Shown piece by piece: positions 1 to 10,356 of a stretch of 64,000 bases of DNA. The translations under genes and the position numbers were made by a program. Each line of letters starts with the position of its first letter. Position 1 is the first letter of the stretch. The stretch lies in NCBI GenBank assembly GCA_947475415.1, contig CANJLH010000005.1, positions 78,292-142,291 on the forward strand. Direction: 5' to 3'. Source of the DNA: Caulobacteraceae bacterium (GTDB lineage: Bacteria; Pseudomonadota; Alphaproteobacteria; Caulobacterales; Caulobacteraceae). The notes beneath the pieces are model-generated. The model searched no databases. It was given only the letters and a program-made list of their open reading frames with translations, and was not told where the DNA came from.

Positions 1-263
1 GAGCCAAAGGCGATCCTGTTTCTGATCGGTTCAAGTATCGACTACGAAACCGACCGATTGTCGTCGAAATTCGTTTTCCATAATCCAAACGAGACTGACG
101 CTTGCGGCTGCGGCGAAAGCGTTACAATCGTGCCGGCCGGAGAGACGTCGTCCCCTTAATCGTCGTCGCCATCGCATAGCCTCGACGGGTAGGGCGCTTG
201 AACCCTGTTCGCGCGACGTGCACTGAACACATTCTCATTTACGACTTGGATCAGGACCAGCCC

Positions 264-836
264 TTGAAGATCGGCATCGTTTCGGACCTCCACTGTAATG
301 TGGCCGGCCTGCAGGCGGCGCTGGACCTGATGGGTGATGTGGATGAGTTGCTTTGCTGCGGCGACATCGTGCTGCAGGTGCGGTTCTCCAATGAGGTGAT
401 CCGAATCCTGCGCGAGCGCGGCGCTCGCTGTGTTATCGGCAACCACGATGTGGAATACCTGAAGCGCGTGGCTCATCTACCATCACAGAGGGGAATCGTG
501 GATGAGGATCTCGTCGCCTGGCTCGCCGAACTGCCAGAGACCATCGAAATGGATCCCGCCGGCAAGCGGCTCCTGATGGTGCATTCGACTCCCTGGACCT
601 ACGACTATGTGTTTCCCGGTTCTCGTGAGATGCGGAAATTCGCCGAAGTCGACGCTGATTTCGTGCTCGGCGGGCATACTCACGCACTGTTTTCCGGCAG
701 AATCGGTCGCGCCCTGGTGGTCAATCCCGGCTCTACTGGCCACTCGGTGGTCCGCGGCGCCGATCCCACCCTGTCCTGCGCCGTGCTCGATACGGTCTCC
801 GATGAAGTGCGACTCCTGGAGTATCCGGAAGTCTGA
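264..836 (+). CDS. Metallophosphoesterase (calcineurin-like phosphoesterase, YfcE-type)
   Basis: ORF 198..836 carries the motifs IGIVSDLH, GDIV, GNHD and GGHTH. The probable true start is the in-frame TTG at 264, which gives the canonical N-terminus (M)KIGIVSDLH. The upstream ATG at 198 adds an atypical 22-aa extension. Confidence 0.65.
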   Translation: MKIGIVSDLHCNVAGLQAALDLMGDVDELLCCGDIVLQVRFSNEVIRILRERGARCVIGNHDVEYLKRVAHLPSQRGIVDEDLVAWLAELPETIEMDPAGKRLLMVHSTPWTYDYVFPGSREMRKFAEVDADFVLGGHTHALFSGRIGRALVVNPGSTGHSVVRGADPTLSCAVLDTVSDEVRLLEYPEV

Positions 837-918
837 CGCGCTCCGCGCAGGGCATAGGCCATTGAAATTGACGAGCCGACCGGCGGTCGCCATCGCCGAT
901 TGCATCGGCGTCATCTGA

Positions 919-2004
919 GTGCCTAGTCTCCTCACCATAGGGATGGACAAGGAAATGGCGGCGACATTGAAATTGGAGACGCCCCGGCAAACCTTCGGAG
1001 GTAGCGTCGAGCTTACTCCGTATGAGAAGGGCGCCGGACTACCGGTGTTCATCGCGCCAAGAGATCCGATGCTGAAACGCGACATTGGAACTGCGCTGGC
1101 CTGGATGGCTGAGCATCGCGATGCGATTGATGCATTGGTTATTGCGGCCGGCGGCGTGGTGTTCCGCGGTTTTCCATTTCCGGACACTGCAGCCTTCAAC
1201 CGAGTCGTGGATCCCTACCCAGACGTTCCCTACGGTTACTCGGGCGGTGCGACGACGCGCGGAAACATTGCCGGGCGCGCCTTCGAGGCGACTCGTGCGC
1301 CACCGGATTTCCGCCTGATGCTGCATCAGGAGATGGCCTATCTGCCCAACTGGCCGACCAGGCTGGCGTTCTATTGCGCCCATGCGCCGGAAACCGGCGG
1401 TGAGACCATCATCGGCGATGTGCGCCGGTTCGAAAAAGCGATCGACCCGAAGTTTGTGCAGACGGTCCACGAGCGCGGTGTGAAGTATGTCCGCAATTTC
1501 CGCTCACCGGACTGGATTCCGCCGCATCCCACCCTGGTCCCCTTACACAAGACCTGGCAGGAAGCATTCTTCACCGATGATCCGCGCAAGGCCGAAGCCG
1601 ACTGCAAGGACATGGGGCTCGACTTCGAGTGGACTACGAATGGGTCAATGTCGGTAATCTACGCAGCGTCCGGATTCACCAACCATGCTGTCGAGGGCCG
1701 CGAAGTCTGGTTCAACCACATCGCCAGCCAAACGATCACCGACTACAACTACGGCGCGGATCGGGTGGCGCTCTTCCGAGAATACTATGGAGACCTCACG
1801 CCCTGGACCTATCAGACCTACTTCGCCGATGGTGGCAAGATTCCACTTGAAGACGTCGAGGCGCTCTATGAGGTCCTTGAGGATTTCACCGTCGCGTTTC
1901 CGTGGCGGGCGGGCGATGTGATGCTGCTGGACAACATCTACAGCTTCCACGGCCGCAATGCCTACACCGGAACCCGTGATGTGCAGGTGGCGCTTATCGG
2001 TTAG
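919..2004 (+). CDS. TauD/TfdA-like Fe(II)/2-oxoglutarate dioxygenase (clavaminate-synthase-like fold)
   Basis: 361-aa ORF with HxE...H-type residues (LHQEMAY...CAHAPETGGETIIGD...FHGRNAYTG), reminiscent of SyrP/TauD-family hydroxylases. Confidence 0.55.
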   Translation: MPSLLTIGMDKEMAATLKLETPRQTFGGSVELTPYEKGAGLPVFIAPRDPMLKRDIGTALAWMAEHRDAIDALVIAAGGVVFRGFPFPDTAAFNRVVDPYPDVPYGYSGGATTRGNIAGRAFEATRAPPDFRLMLHQEMAYLPNWPTRLAFYCAHAPETGGETIIGDVRRFEKAIDPKFVQTVHERGVKYVRNFRSPDWIPPHPTLVPLHKTWQEAFFTDDPRKAEADCKDMGLDFEWTTNGSMSVIYAASGFTNHAVEGREVWFNHIASQTITDYNYGADRVALFREYYGDLTPWTYQTYFADGGKIPLEDVEALYEVLEDFTVAFPWRAGDVMLLDNIYSFHGRNAYTGTRDVQVALIG

Positions 2005-2017
2005 CGGAAGCGTGCGC

Positions 2018-2815
2018 TTAGCGCCCCTTCCACTGAGCAGGGCGTTTTTCCAGGAACGCGCGCGGTCCCTCCTTCGAATCCTCGGTCTTCGATACGATTT
2101 GTGAGTGTTCCTTGGACAAGGACCTGAGTGCGGCGTCAGGCAAGTCGGACGACTGACGCGCGACGATCATGCTCTCGCGCACCGAGACGGGTGCGTTGAC
2201 GGTGATTGAACGGGCGAGGTCAAGCGCGGTTTCCAGAACCTTGTCGCTGGGGACCACGCGATTGACCATGCCGAAGTCATAGGCGCGCTTGACGTCAAGC
2301 TGTTCGCCGGTGGCGACCAGTTCCAGGGCGATATTGCGGGGCAGAACGCGGGCGATCCGATGGACGCCTCCGGCGCCGGCGAACAGGCCGCGCTTGACTT
2401 CCGGCAGACCAAACTTGGCGTCATCCGAAGCAACGATCATGTCGCAGGCCAATGTCAGTTCACAGCCCCCGGCGAGTGCGAAACCCCGCACCGCAGCGAT
2501 CCAAGGTTTCTTACGCTTGGCGTCCACAAATCCGCCGAAGCCTCCGTCGGCTGTGGCGATCCGGAAGCCCTGGCCATTGGCGATGGCGGAAAGGTCCGCG
2601 CCAGCGCAGAAGACCCGGTCATTGGACGACGTCAGAATGCCCACCCACAATTGGTCGTCGGCCTCAACCTTCTTGACCAGATACTCCACCGCCTCGGAGA
2701 GTTCAGGGCTCATGGCGTTGCGGACTTCAGGTCGATTCAAAGTGATGACGGCGATATGGTCGTCGACAACTTCGAAGAGGGCGATCTTGCCCACGCCTTC
2801 GGGTTGCTGGCTCAT
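2018..2815 (-). CDS. Enoyl-CoA hydratase/isomerase (crotonase family)
   Basis: Motifs VITLNRPEVRNAMS and FCAGADLS; typical crotonase length of 265 aa. Confidence 0.85.
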   Translation of the reverse strand: MSQQPEGVGKIALFEVVDDHIAVITLNRPEVRNAMSPELSEAVEYLVKKVEADDQLWVGILTSSNDRVFCAGADLSAIANGQGFRIATADGGFGGFVDAKRKKPWIAAVRGFALAGGCELTLACDMIVASDDAKFGLPEVKRGLFAGAGGVHRIARVLPRNIALELVATGEQLDVKRAYDFGMVNRVVPSDKVLETALDLARSITVNAPVSVRESMIVARQSSDLPDAALRSLSKEHSQIVSKTEDSKEGPRAFLEKRPAQWKGR

Positions 2816-2850
2816 GCGTTAGCTCCTTCACTGGTTGGGTTTGGAGGACT

Positions 2851-4065
2851 TTAGCGCCCGGTGGGCATGTCCTTGAACGCCACGTCCTTGTCGACGCGAA
2901 TGTCGCCTGGCAAACCCAAGACCCGCTCAGCGATGATGTTGCGTAGGATTTCGTCAGTCCCGCCAGCGATGCGCGACCCAGGACCGGCCATCCATTGATC
3001 CTGAAAGAGACCGCCCAGCGGAGAGATGTCCGGGTCGCGGATGATGCCGAACTGGTCGAGCATGTCGACCGCTTCGGCGCCGACGTCCTGCGCCTGTTTG
3101 GCGCTGATGATCTTGGCGATCGAGTTTTCCGGGCCGGGGGTTTGTCCCTTGGACAGCGCCGTGATCGTCCGCATCCGAGTGTGTTTCAGCCCCTCGGTCT
3201 GAACATACCAATCGGCGATTTTTTCCCGCAGGGTGGCGTCGCGCAGTGCCGATTCCCCATCAATGGTCGCTTCCCGCGCCAGCTGAATGAACGCGCCGGA
3301 GTCCGCGGCCGTTCCCGCGCCGATGGACAGGCGCTCATTCATCAGAGTGACGAGGCTGACCTTCCAGCCGTCGTCCACGGCGCCGAGGCGTTGGCTGTCG
3401 GGGATGCGAACGTCGGTGAAGAAAACCTCGTTGAAGCCCTTTTGTCCGGACATCTGGTGGATCGGCCTGACTTCGATGCCTGGCGACTTCATGTCCACCC
3501 AGAACATGGTCATCCCCTTGTGCTTGGGGACCTCTGTGTTCGTGCGCACCAGGAGAATGCCGAAGTCGCTGTAATGCGCCCCGGATGTCCAGATTTTCTG
3601 TCCGTTCACTACCCAGCCATCGCCGTCCCGGATGGCCCGGGTGCGGGCGGCGGCGACGTCGGAGCCGCCGGAGGGCTCGGAGAACAGCTGACACCAGATC
3701 TCATCTCCGCGTAGGCCAGGCCCCACAAAGCGCTTCTTGGTCGCTTCGTCGGCGCAGGCGATCACCGTGGGCAGGCACATGCCCAGGCCAATGGAGAAGT
3801 AGGCTGAGTTGATGTTATAGCGGGCTTCCTCCTGACTGAAGATCACCTGCTGAATCTGTGTGCCGCCTGGCCCCCCCCATTCTTTGGGCCAGCTAATCTG
3901 GGCGTAGCCGGCGGCGGCCTTCTTAGCCTGATAGGCGCGATGGTGATCAAGGTCTGCGCCACCCGTGCGATCGGGCTTGAGTCCTTCTTTCGGCGCGTTG
4001 GCTTCAAGCCAGGCGCGCGCCGTCTCGCGATATTCAGCTTCCTCGGATGTGTCGGAAAAATCCAT
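2851..4065 (-). CDS. Acyl-CoA dehydrogenase
   Basis: 404-aa ACAD-fold protein with N-terminal alpha domain, middle beta domain and C-terminal GGTDEILRNIIAE-type helix. It sits 19 bp downstream of another ACAD. Confidence 0.9.
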   Translation of the reverse strand: MDFSDTSEEAEYRETARAWLEANAPKEGLKPDRTGGADLDHHRAYQAKKAAAGYAQISWPKEWGGPGGTQIQQVIFSQEEARYNINSAYFSIGLGMCLPTVIACADEATKKRFVGPGLRGDEIWCQLFSEPSGGSDVAAARTRAIRDGDGWVVNGQKIWTSGAHYSDFGILLVRTNTEVPKHKGMTMFWVDMKSPGIEVRPIHQMSGQKGFNEVFFTDVRIPDSQRLGAVDDGWKVSLVTLMNERLSIGAGTAADSGAFIQLAREATIDGESALRDATLREKIADWYVQTEGLKHTRMRTITALSKGQTPGPENSIAKIISAKQAQDVGAEAVDMLDQFGIIRDPDISPLGGLFQDQWMAGPGSRIAGGTDEILRNIIAERVLGLPGDIRVDKDVAFKDMPTGR

Positions 4066-4083
4066 CGTTCCGCTCCCTTGAAG

Positions 4084-5199
4084 TCAGGCTGCGTTGCGCC
4101 GTTCAAGCTGGCTTAACAGCCGTTCCTTCCAAGCCCGCGGCGCCCCGACCACGAGGCCGAGCTGACGCGAGCGGCGATAAAACAGGTGGCAATCGACTTC
4201 CCAGGTGAAGCCGATTCCGCCATGTGTCTGTATGTTTTCCTTGGCGGCGTACCAGTAAGCATCGCAACCGGCGATCCGCGCAGCGGAAGCCGCGATCGGC
4301 AGTTCGGGAGCGTTGGTGTTCAGCGCCCAGGCTCCGTAGTAGGCGTTGGAACGGGCAAGTTCGTTCTTCACATACATGTCTGCCAGCTTGTGCTTGATCG
4401 CCTGATAGGACCCGATCAAGCGGCCGAAGGCGTAGCGCTCCAGGGCGTAGTCGCGAGCCATCTCCAGGCAGCGATCCGCGCCGCCGGTCTGTTCGAAGGC
4501 GATCAACACCGCCGCGCGGTCATGAATTTGCTGCAGCAGATCGAAGCCCTCGCCGGCGCCGCCCAGCCGCTCCGCCGGGACGTCCTTGAAGGTGAGCTTC
4601 GCCGCATCGCGCGTAGGATCGAGGGTCTTCAGCATTTCACGGGCGACGCCGGCGCCGTTCAGATCCACGATGTAAAGGCCGGCCTGACCGTTCTCCTTGG
4701 CCAGTACGACAGCGGTGTCGGCGATGTCGCCGTCGGTCACCGGAAGCTTGACCCCGGTCAGTTTGCCGCCGCTCACCGTGGCCTGAAGGCTGGACGCCGT
4801 GGGCGCGCCCGGCCCCTCGGACGTAGCCAGGGCGCCGATGATCTCGCCCGCAGCGATCTTCGGCAGTATGGCCTGCTTTTGCATTTGGCTGCCGGCCAGC
4901 ATGATGGCTTCGGCCAGAAGATAGACCGTGGAACCGAACGGGATCGGAGCGACAGCGCGACCGAGCTCCTCGGCGATGGCGCAGAGCTCCAGGTGACCCA
5001 GGCCCAGGCCGCCAAATTCCTCGGGAATGGCTGCGCCCATCCAACCCTGCCCGGCGACGGCCTTCCAAAGGTCCTCGTCATAGGCCTTTGCAGCGTCGTT
5101 CAGCACAACCCGGACCTTGGTCGTCGGGCAATTTGCCTCAAGGAACCGGCGCGCTTCGCCCTTGAGGTGTTTCTGATCGTCGGAAAAGTCGAAATTCAT
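4084..5199 (-). CDS. Acyl-CoA dehydrogenase
   Basis: ACAD fold throughout. The likely start is MNFDFSDDQ (internal Met of ORF 4084..5223), which avoids overlap with the downstream-coordinate gene. Confidence 0.85.
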   Translation of the reverse strand: MNFDFSDDQKHLKGEARRFLEANCPTTKVRVVLNDAAKAYDEDLWKAVAGQGWMGAAIPEEFGGLGLGHLELCAIAEELGRAVAPIPFGSTVYLLAEAIMLAGSQMQKQAILPKIAAGEIIGALATSEGPGAPTASSLQATVSGGKLTGVKLPVTDGDIADTAVVLAKENGQAGLYIVDLNGAGVAREMLKTLDPTRDAAKLTFKDVPAERLGGAGEGFDLLQQIHDRAAVLIAFEQTGGADRCLEMARDYALERYAFGRLIGSYQAIKHKLADMYVKNELARSNAYYGAWALNTNAPELPIAASAARIAGCDAYWYAAKENIQTHGGIGFTWEVDCHLFYRRSRQLGLVVGAPRAWKERLLSQLERRNAA

Positions 5200-5209
5200 G
5201 GTTTCTGCC

Positions 5210-6013
5210 TCAGCGGACTTCAAATGACTTGGCGGTGGCCATCACCGCGTCGCGGTTTACAGCGGCGGTGCCGGACGCATTGCCGACCTGGGTATATTTC
5301 AAACCCATTTGCAGGGCGACGGATCGACCCACATCAAGGGATTCCCAGATCGCGCGGATGGTGCCCTGGGTGGCCACTGACGGCTTGTTGGCGATCTTGG
5401 CGGCCAGTTCGTGGGCGCGCGCCCACAAATTCTCGAGTTTGACCACCTCGGTGACCAGCGATATGCGCAGGGCGGTCTGGGCGCCGATGCGCTCGTCGTT
5501 TCCAAGAACGGCCATGCGAAGCACCTCTGACAGGGCGACACGCTGCCGTAGACCAATAGGTTCGAGGGCGGCCACCATGCCGTAGGTCACGTGCGGGTCA
5601 AAGAATGTCGCGTCCTCTGAGCATATGACAATGTCACCTTCGTTGACCCAGTAGAAGGCGCCGCCGGCGCACATGCCATGCACGGCAACGACGACCGGCT
5701 TCCAGAGCCGGTTCTGTTTCGGTCCAAGATAGTCGCCGGGGTCAACCTGGGCGAACAGGTCCTCATGCATCAGCACGCTTCCGCCGGTCCGGTCGCGCAC
5801 ATCGACGCCAGGGCAGAATGCGCGCCCCGGCGAAGCCCGCAGGACGATGGCGTTCACCTCATCGTCGTCGCGGATGTTCTCCCAGACGTTGCGAAATTCC
5901 AGACACATCTGGCGATTGAAACTGTTGAAAGCTTCCGGCCGATTGATCGTGACGGTGGCGACCTTGTCGGCGCCCTTTTCGAACAGGATCGTCTTGTAGT
6001 CACCGTAGCTCAT
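5210..6013 (-). CDS. Enoyl-CoA hydratase/isomerase (crotonase family)
   Basis: ATVTINRPEAFNSF and crotonase core. The start is taken at MSYGDYK inside ORF 5210..6082. Confidence 0.85.
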   Translation of the reverse strand: MSYGDYKTILFEKGADKVATVTINRPEAFNSFNRQMCLEFRNVWENIRDDDEVNAIVLRASPGRAFCPGVDVRDRTGGSVLMHEDLFAQVDPGDYLGPKQNRLWKPVVVAVHGMCAGGAFYWVNEGDIVICSEDATFFDPHVTYGMVAALEPIGLRQRVALSEVLRMAVLGNDERIGAQTALRISLVTEVVKLENLWARAHELAAKIANKPSVATQGTIRAIWESLDVGRSVALQMGLKYTQVGNASGTAAVNRDAVMATAKSFEVR

Positions 6014-6042
6014 CGACTTCCTCCAGCGGCTGATTTTCGGGC

Positions 6043-6939
6043 TCAGCCTTCGCCATATTCGGGTTTGTGCCATCCATCCCAAATCGGAGGAAGCTGATTG
6101 GCGACGCTATCTGGAAACTTGGCGTCGCGCTTTTCGAAGAACGATTGGATTCCCTCCACGCGGTCGTTTTGCTTGCCGCGTTCATAGAGCGCCCGGCTCT
6201 CGTAAAGGTGGGCGACCATCGGGTGCGAAGCGCCCATCATTCGCCAGATCATCTGACGGGTGAGCGCCACCGAAACCGGAGCTGAATTCTGGATGATCTC
6301 CTGGGCGATGGCCCGGGCCGCGGGCAGAAGGTCGTCCGGTTCATGGATCGAGCGGATGAGGCCGCGTTCAAGGGCCTCCGTGGCCGGGAATATCCTTCCG
6401 GTCGCGGCCCACTCCATCGCGGTCGATGGCCCAACGATGCGGGGCAGGAACCAAGTGGACGCGCCTTCGACGGTGATGCCGCGGCGAGCGAAGATAAATC
6501 CGAAACGGGCATTGGTGGAGGCCAGCCGAACGTCCATCGGTAGCTGCATTGTTACGCCGACGCCGACAGCCGCGCCGTTGCAGGCGCCGATGACCGGCTT
6601 AAGGCTATCATAGATGCGTAGGGTGACGCGACCGGCCGTGTCCCGGGGCGCGGGCTGCCCCTCGGCGGGCGCAGCCTTGCTAAAGGTGTCGGTGCCGCCG
6701 GAGAGGTCCGCGCCCGAACAGAAGGCCTTGCCGGTCCCGGTGACGATCACCGCCTTCACCGCGTCGTCGGCGTCCGTGGCGTCGAACGCGTCGATCAGAT
6801 CCTGCATCATCACCGGATTGAAGGCGTTCATCTTGTCCGGGCGATTCAGGGTGATCGTAGCGATTCCGTCGTCGACGGCGTACAGCAGCGTCTCGAAGCT
6901 GGGCGCGGGCATGGAGTCTCCACTCTGATCCTCACCCAC
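6043..6939 (-). CDS. Enoyl-CoA hydratase/isomerase (crotonase family)
   Basis: IATITLNRPDKMNAF and FCSGADLS motifs. An alternative start lies at MPAPSF (about 6912). Confidence 0.85.
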   Translation of the reverse strand: MGEDQSGDSMPAPSFETLLYAVDDGIATITLNRPDKMNAFNPVMMQDLIDAFDATDADDAVKAVIVTGTGKAFCSGADLSGGTDTFSKAAPAEGQPAPRDTAGRVTLRIYDSLKPVIGACNGAAVGVGVTMQLPMDVRLASTNARFGFIFARRGITVEGASTWFLPRIVGPSTAMEWAATGRIFPATEALERGLIRSIHEPDDLLPAARAIAQEIIQNSAPVSVALTRQMIWRMMGASHPMVAHLYESRALYERGKQNDRVEGIQSFFEKRDAKFPDSVANQLPPIWDGWHKPEYGEG

Positions 6940-7097
6940 TCCATGTCGCCGGACAAGGTTGGGCCGGCACCCATTGCATCTTCCGGGACGTCGAGCAATA
7001 TCGCCCGCCTAGGGCGGCCGGACCGCCAAAATCAACAAGGTCGAAGCGGATCCCGGAGGTTGGCCGGAGCCCGCGGTCAGGGAGCTGAAAGAGCGCG

Positions 7098-8639
7098 ATG
7101 CATCCATTTGTGTGGGCCGAAAAGACTCCGGACAAGCCCGCTTACATCATGGCGTCCACGGGCAAGGCCACCACATACCGGGAGTTGAATGAGCGCTCGA
7201 ACCAGGGTGCGCAACTGTTCCGGTCCCTCGGTCTGAAGTTCGGCGACGCGGTTTCCATCATGATGGAAAACAACGACATCTACTACGAGGTGCTGTGGGC
7301 GGCGCAACGGGCGGGGCTACGCTATACAGCCATCTCTTCGCGCCTGACCGCCGGGGAGGTGGAATACATTCTGCAGGACTCGGGCGCTCAGGCGTTCATT
7401 ACCTCCAACGCCATGGGTGAGGTCGCGACCGCGGTAGCCAGGCTCATGCCGGGTCTGCGGTGCTATATGACCGGCGGCGCGCTGGAGGGGTATCAATCTT
7501 TCGAGGATGTGCGCGCGACATTTCCGGCGGCCCCTATCGCAGACGAGGCGCCCGGTGGGGCCATGCTCTACTCCTCCGGCACGACAGGGCGGCCCAAGGG
7601 GGTGATGAAGCCCCTGGTCCGCACCGGCCTGCTTGAACCCGGGCCTCTGGCGGCGCGCGGACAGCTGCTTTACGGGATGGATCAGGACACAATCTATCTG
7701 TCGCCGGCGCCGCTCTACCATGCCGCGCCGCTGGGCTGGTCCATGAATGTCCAGGCGATGGGCGGCACGGTGATCCTGATGGAGAAATACGACGCCGAAC
7801 ATGCGTTGCAGTTGATCGAACGCTACAGCATCACCCACGGTCAGTTTGTGCCAACGCACTTTGTCCGGATGCTGAAACTGCCAGAAGCGGTGCGCGACAA
7901 GTATGACCTCGCCAGCCTGACGACGATCTTCCACGCCGCCGCTCCATGCCCCGTTCCCGTCAAGGAGCAGATGATCGACTGGTGGGGGCCAATCATTCAC
8001 GAATATTACGCCGGCACCGAGGGTAACGGGATCACCGTCATCACATCGGAGGAATGGTTGACCCACAAGGGTTCAGTGGGGCGTTGTACGCCGCCGGCTG
8101 AGACCAAAATCTGCGACGACGACGGCGAGCCGCTACCCCCGCGTACGGAGGGTCTTGTCTATTTCGCGGGTGGGGCTGAGTTCGTCTATCATAACGCGCC
8201 CGAGAAGATCGCCGAGGCCACAAACAAGTACGGCTGGACGACCCTGGGCGATGTGGGTTGGTTGGACGAGGAGGGCTATCTCTACCTGACGGATCGCAAG
8301 AGTTTCATGATCATATCAGGTGGCGTGAATATCTATCCGCAAGAGCTTGAAAATCTTCTCATTACCCACCCCAAAGTGGCCGACGCGGCTGTGGTCGGGG
8401 CTCCAGATGAGGAAATGGGTGAGAAGGTGGTGGCGGTCATCCAACCGATGGATTTCAATTCGGCTGGCGACGATCTGCGAGCGGAATTGATGGCGTTTTG
8501 CCGGGCGCATCTCTCCGGGGTGAAGGCCCCCCGCCAGATCGATTTTTCCGAGGAGTTGCCGAGGCATCCGACGGGCAAGCTCTACAAAAGGCTGATCCGC
8601 GATGCCTATTGGGGCAAGTCGGATTCGAAGATCGTCTGA
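7098..8639 (+). CDS. AMP-dependent acyl-CoA synthetase/ligase
   Basis: AMP-binding motifs YSSGTTGRPKGV, the YGTTE-like region and the C-terminal lid motif PTGKLYKR. Confidence 0.9.
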   Translation: MHPFVWAEKTPDKPAYIMASTGKATTYRELNERSNQGAQLFRSLGLKFGDAVSIMMENNDIYYEVLWAAQRAGLRYTAISSRLTAGEVEYILQDSGAQAFITSNAMGEVATAVARLMPGLRCYMTGGALEGYQSFEDVRATFPAAPIADEAPGGAMLYSSGTTGRPKGVMKPLVRTGLLEPGPLAARGQLLYGMDQDTIYLSPAPLYHAAPLGWSMNVQAMGGTVILMEKYDAEHALQLIERYSITHGQFVPTHFVRMLKLPEAVRDKYDLASLTTIFHAAAPCPVPVKEQMIDWWGPIIHEYYAGTEGNGITVITSEEWLTHKGSVGRCTPPAETKICDDDGEPLPPRTEGLVYFAGGAEFVYHNAPEKIAEATNKYGWTTLGDVGWLDEEGYLYLTDRKSFMIISGGVNIYPQELENLLITHPKVADAAVVGAPDEEMGEKVVAVIQPMDFNSAGDDLRAELMAFCRAHLSGVKAPRQIDFSEELPRHPTGKLYKRLIRDAYWGKSDSKIV

Positions 8640-8700
8640 ACCCGATTCAGCAGTTGTCGAGCGCTCGCGGAATTCTGCGCGTCATAGGAAGTGACTACGG

Positions 8701-10356
8701 ATGATCGATCTGGAGACCGTCAAGAGCGACCGCGAGGCGCGCAAGGCCTATTGGCGCGAGCAGGGAGTCTACGCTGACTACACCTATGCCGACGCGTTGC
8801 GCGACGGCGCCGAGAAGTTTCCCGACACACGGGTGGTCTATCATTCGAATCTGCGCCCTGCGGAAGCGACGGTGAGGGAAACCTATGAGGCTTCCGAGCA
8901 TGTCGCCGCGGCGTTTCACAAGCTTGGTCTGAAGCGTGGCGACCGCATCGCTGTGATGTTGCCCACTTGGTACGATGCCGTGCTGGCCTATCAGGCCGCC
9001 TTGAAGCTTGGGATGGCGGTAATCCCGATTGTGGCGATCTATGGCGGGCGCGAGCTAGGATTCATTATGCGCCAGACGGGCGCACAGGCTCTGATGGTTC
9101 CCACGTCGTGGCGTGGTCATGATTACATGGAACGGGTGAAGGCCGCCGGCGATCTTCCGGCGCTGAAGCATCTGATCGTGATTGGAGAAGATCTGCCGCC
9201 CGGCGCCATTGCCTGGGACACCCTGCGGGCGGAGGAATCCACCAATTATCCGCGCGGCCAGGCTCAGGCGGATGATGTCTGCTGCATCATCTACACAAGC
9301 GGCACCACCTCCGATCCCAAGGGCGCCAAGCACACCCACAACACTCAACTCTGCGACATCAACGCGGCCCGGGCGGAGGGCGGCGTTGACCTGTCCAATC
9401 AGCACCGAGGGCCGGTAGGTGACGGTCCGGTGCTGCAGGTCTTCCCGGCGGGGCACATCGCCAGTTGGCTTGGGATGCTGCGTCCCTTCCTCTATGGGGG
9501 AGCGGCGGTTTGCATGGACCAGTGGGTGCCGGAAGAGGCCGTTAGGCTTATCGAGAAGTACGGTGTCTCGTCGTCAACTGGCACACCGATTTTCCTGTCG
9601 ACGATCATGAAAGCTGCAGAAACCACAGGGGCGAACATTTCTTCGCTCAAACGCTTTGGGTTGGGCGCCTCGGCGGTGACGCCGGAGAACATCCGCTGGA
9701 CCGATCAGCTGGGCTTCCCCTCCGGCCGCACCTACGGAATGACTGAACATCCGGTGGTGTCCACCGCCGCGCCGGATGACGACTTCGAGCGCCGCGCCAA
9801 CACCGACGGCCTGATCACAGCGCGTAATCAGGTAAAAATCGTCGATGACGATGAACAAGAGGTGGCTGTGGGCCAGGTCGGCGAGGTCTGCACCCTCGGG
9901 CCGCGTCTGTTCATGGGCTACGTCGACGAAGACGTGGACAAGGTCACCTTCCTGCCTGGCGGTTGGTATAAATCCGGCGACATCGGCCGCATGGACGAGC
10001 GTGGCTATCTGACCATTACGGACCGAAAGAAAGACATCATCATCCGCGGTGGAGAGAACATCTCCGCCAAGGAAGTGGAGGACATGATGGCGACGATTCC
10101 GGGCGTTGTGGAGTCCGCGGTCACCGCTATGCCCGACAAGGATATGGGCGAGCGGGTCTGCGCCTTCGTGGTCATGCAGGCCGGCAAGTCTCTGACCCTG
10201 GGCGACGTGGACGCCCACTTCCGCGAAATCGGGGCGACACGGCAGAAGACGCCGGAGAGGGTGATTGTCGTTGACGACTTTCCCCGGACGCCTTCGGGCA
10301 AGATCAAGAAGGTCGACCTGCGCCAGCAACTGCGTGACGAAGCCGCCCGGGGATGA
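8701..10356 (+). CDS. AMP-dependent acyl-CoA synthetase/ligase
   Basis: YTSGTTSDPKGA, the TYGMTE region and the C-terminal PSGKIKK motif. Confidence 0.9.
   Translation: MIDLETVKSDREARKAYWREQGVYADYTYADALRDGAEKFPDTRVVYHSNLRPAEATVRETYEASEHVAAAFHKLGLKRGDRIAVMLPTWYDAVLAYQAALKLGMAVIPIVAIYGGRELGFIMRQTGAQALMVPTSWRGHDYMERVKAAGDLPALKHLIVIGEDLPPGAIAWDTLRAEESTNYPRGQAQADDVCCIIYTSGTTSDPKGAKHTHNTQLCDINAARAEGGVDLSNQHRGPVGDGPVLQVFPAGHIASWLGMLRPFLYGGAAVCMDQWVPEEAVRLIEKYGVSSSTGTPIFLSTIMKAAETTGANISSLKRFGLGASAVTPENIRWTDQLGFPSGRTYGMTEHPVVSTAAPDDDFERRANTDGLITARNQVKIVDDDEQEVAVGQVGEVCTLGPRLFMGYVDEDVDKVTFLPGGWYKSGDIGRMDERGYLTITDRKKDIIIRGGENISAKEVEDMMATIPGVVESAVTAMPDKDMGERVCAFVVMQAGKSLTLGDVDAHFREIGATRQKTPERVIVVDDFPRTPSGKIKKVDLRQQLRDEAARG

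Noticed and set aside
207-221. Near-LexA box GTTC-GCGCGAC-GTGC upstream of the probable TTG start of the metallophosphoesterase
   Set aside because: One mismatch in the second half-site (GTGC rather than GTTC). It also lies inside the longer ATG-initiated ORF alternative. This is too weak to call without a genome-wide motif model.
6960-6990. GC-rich imperfect palindrome CGCCCGCCTAGGGCGGCCG in the crotonase/FadD divergent region
   Set aside because: The arms mismatch at several positions once centred on CTAG. This is likely chance in a 67%-GC genome.
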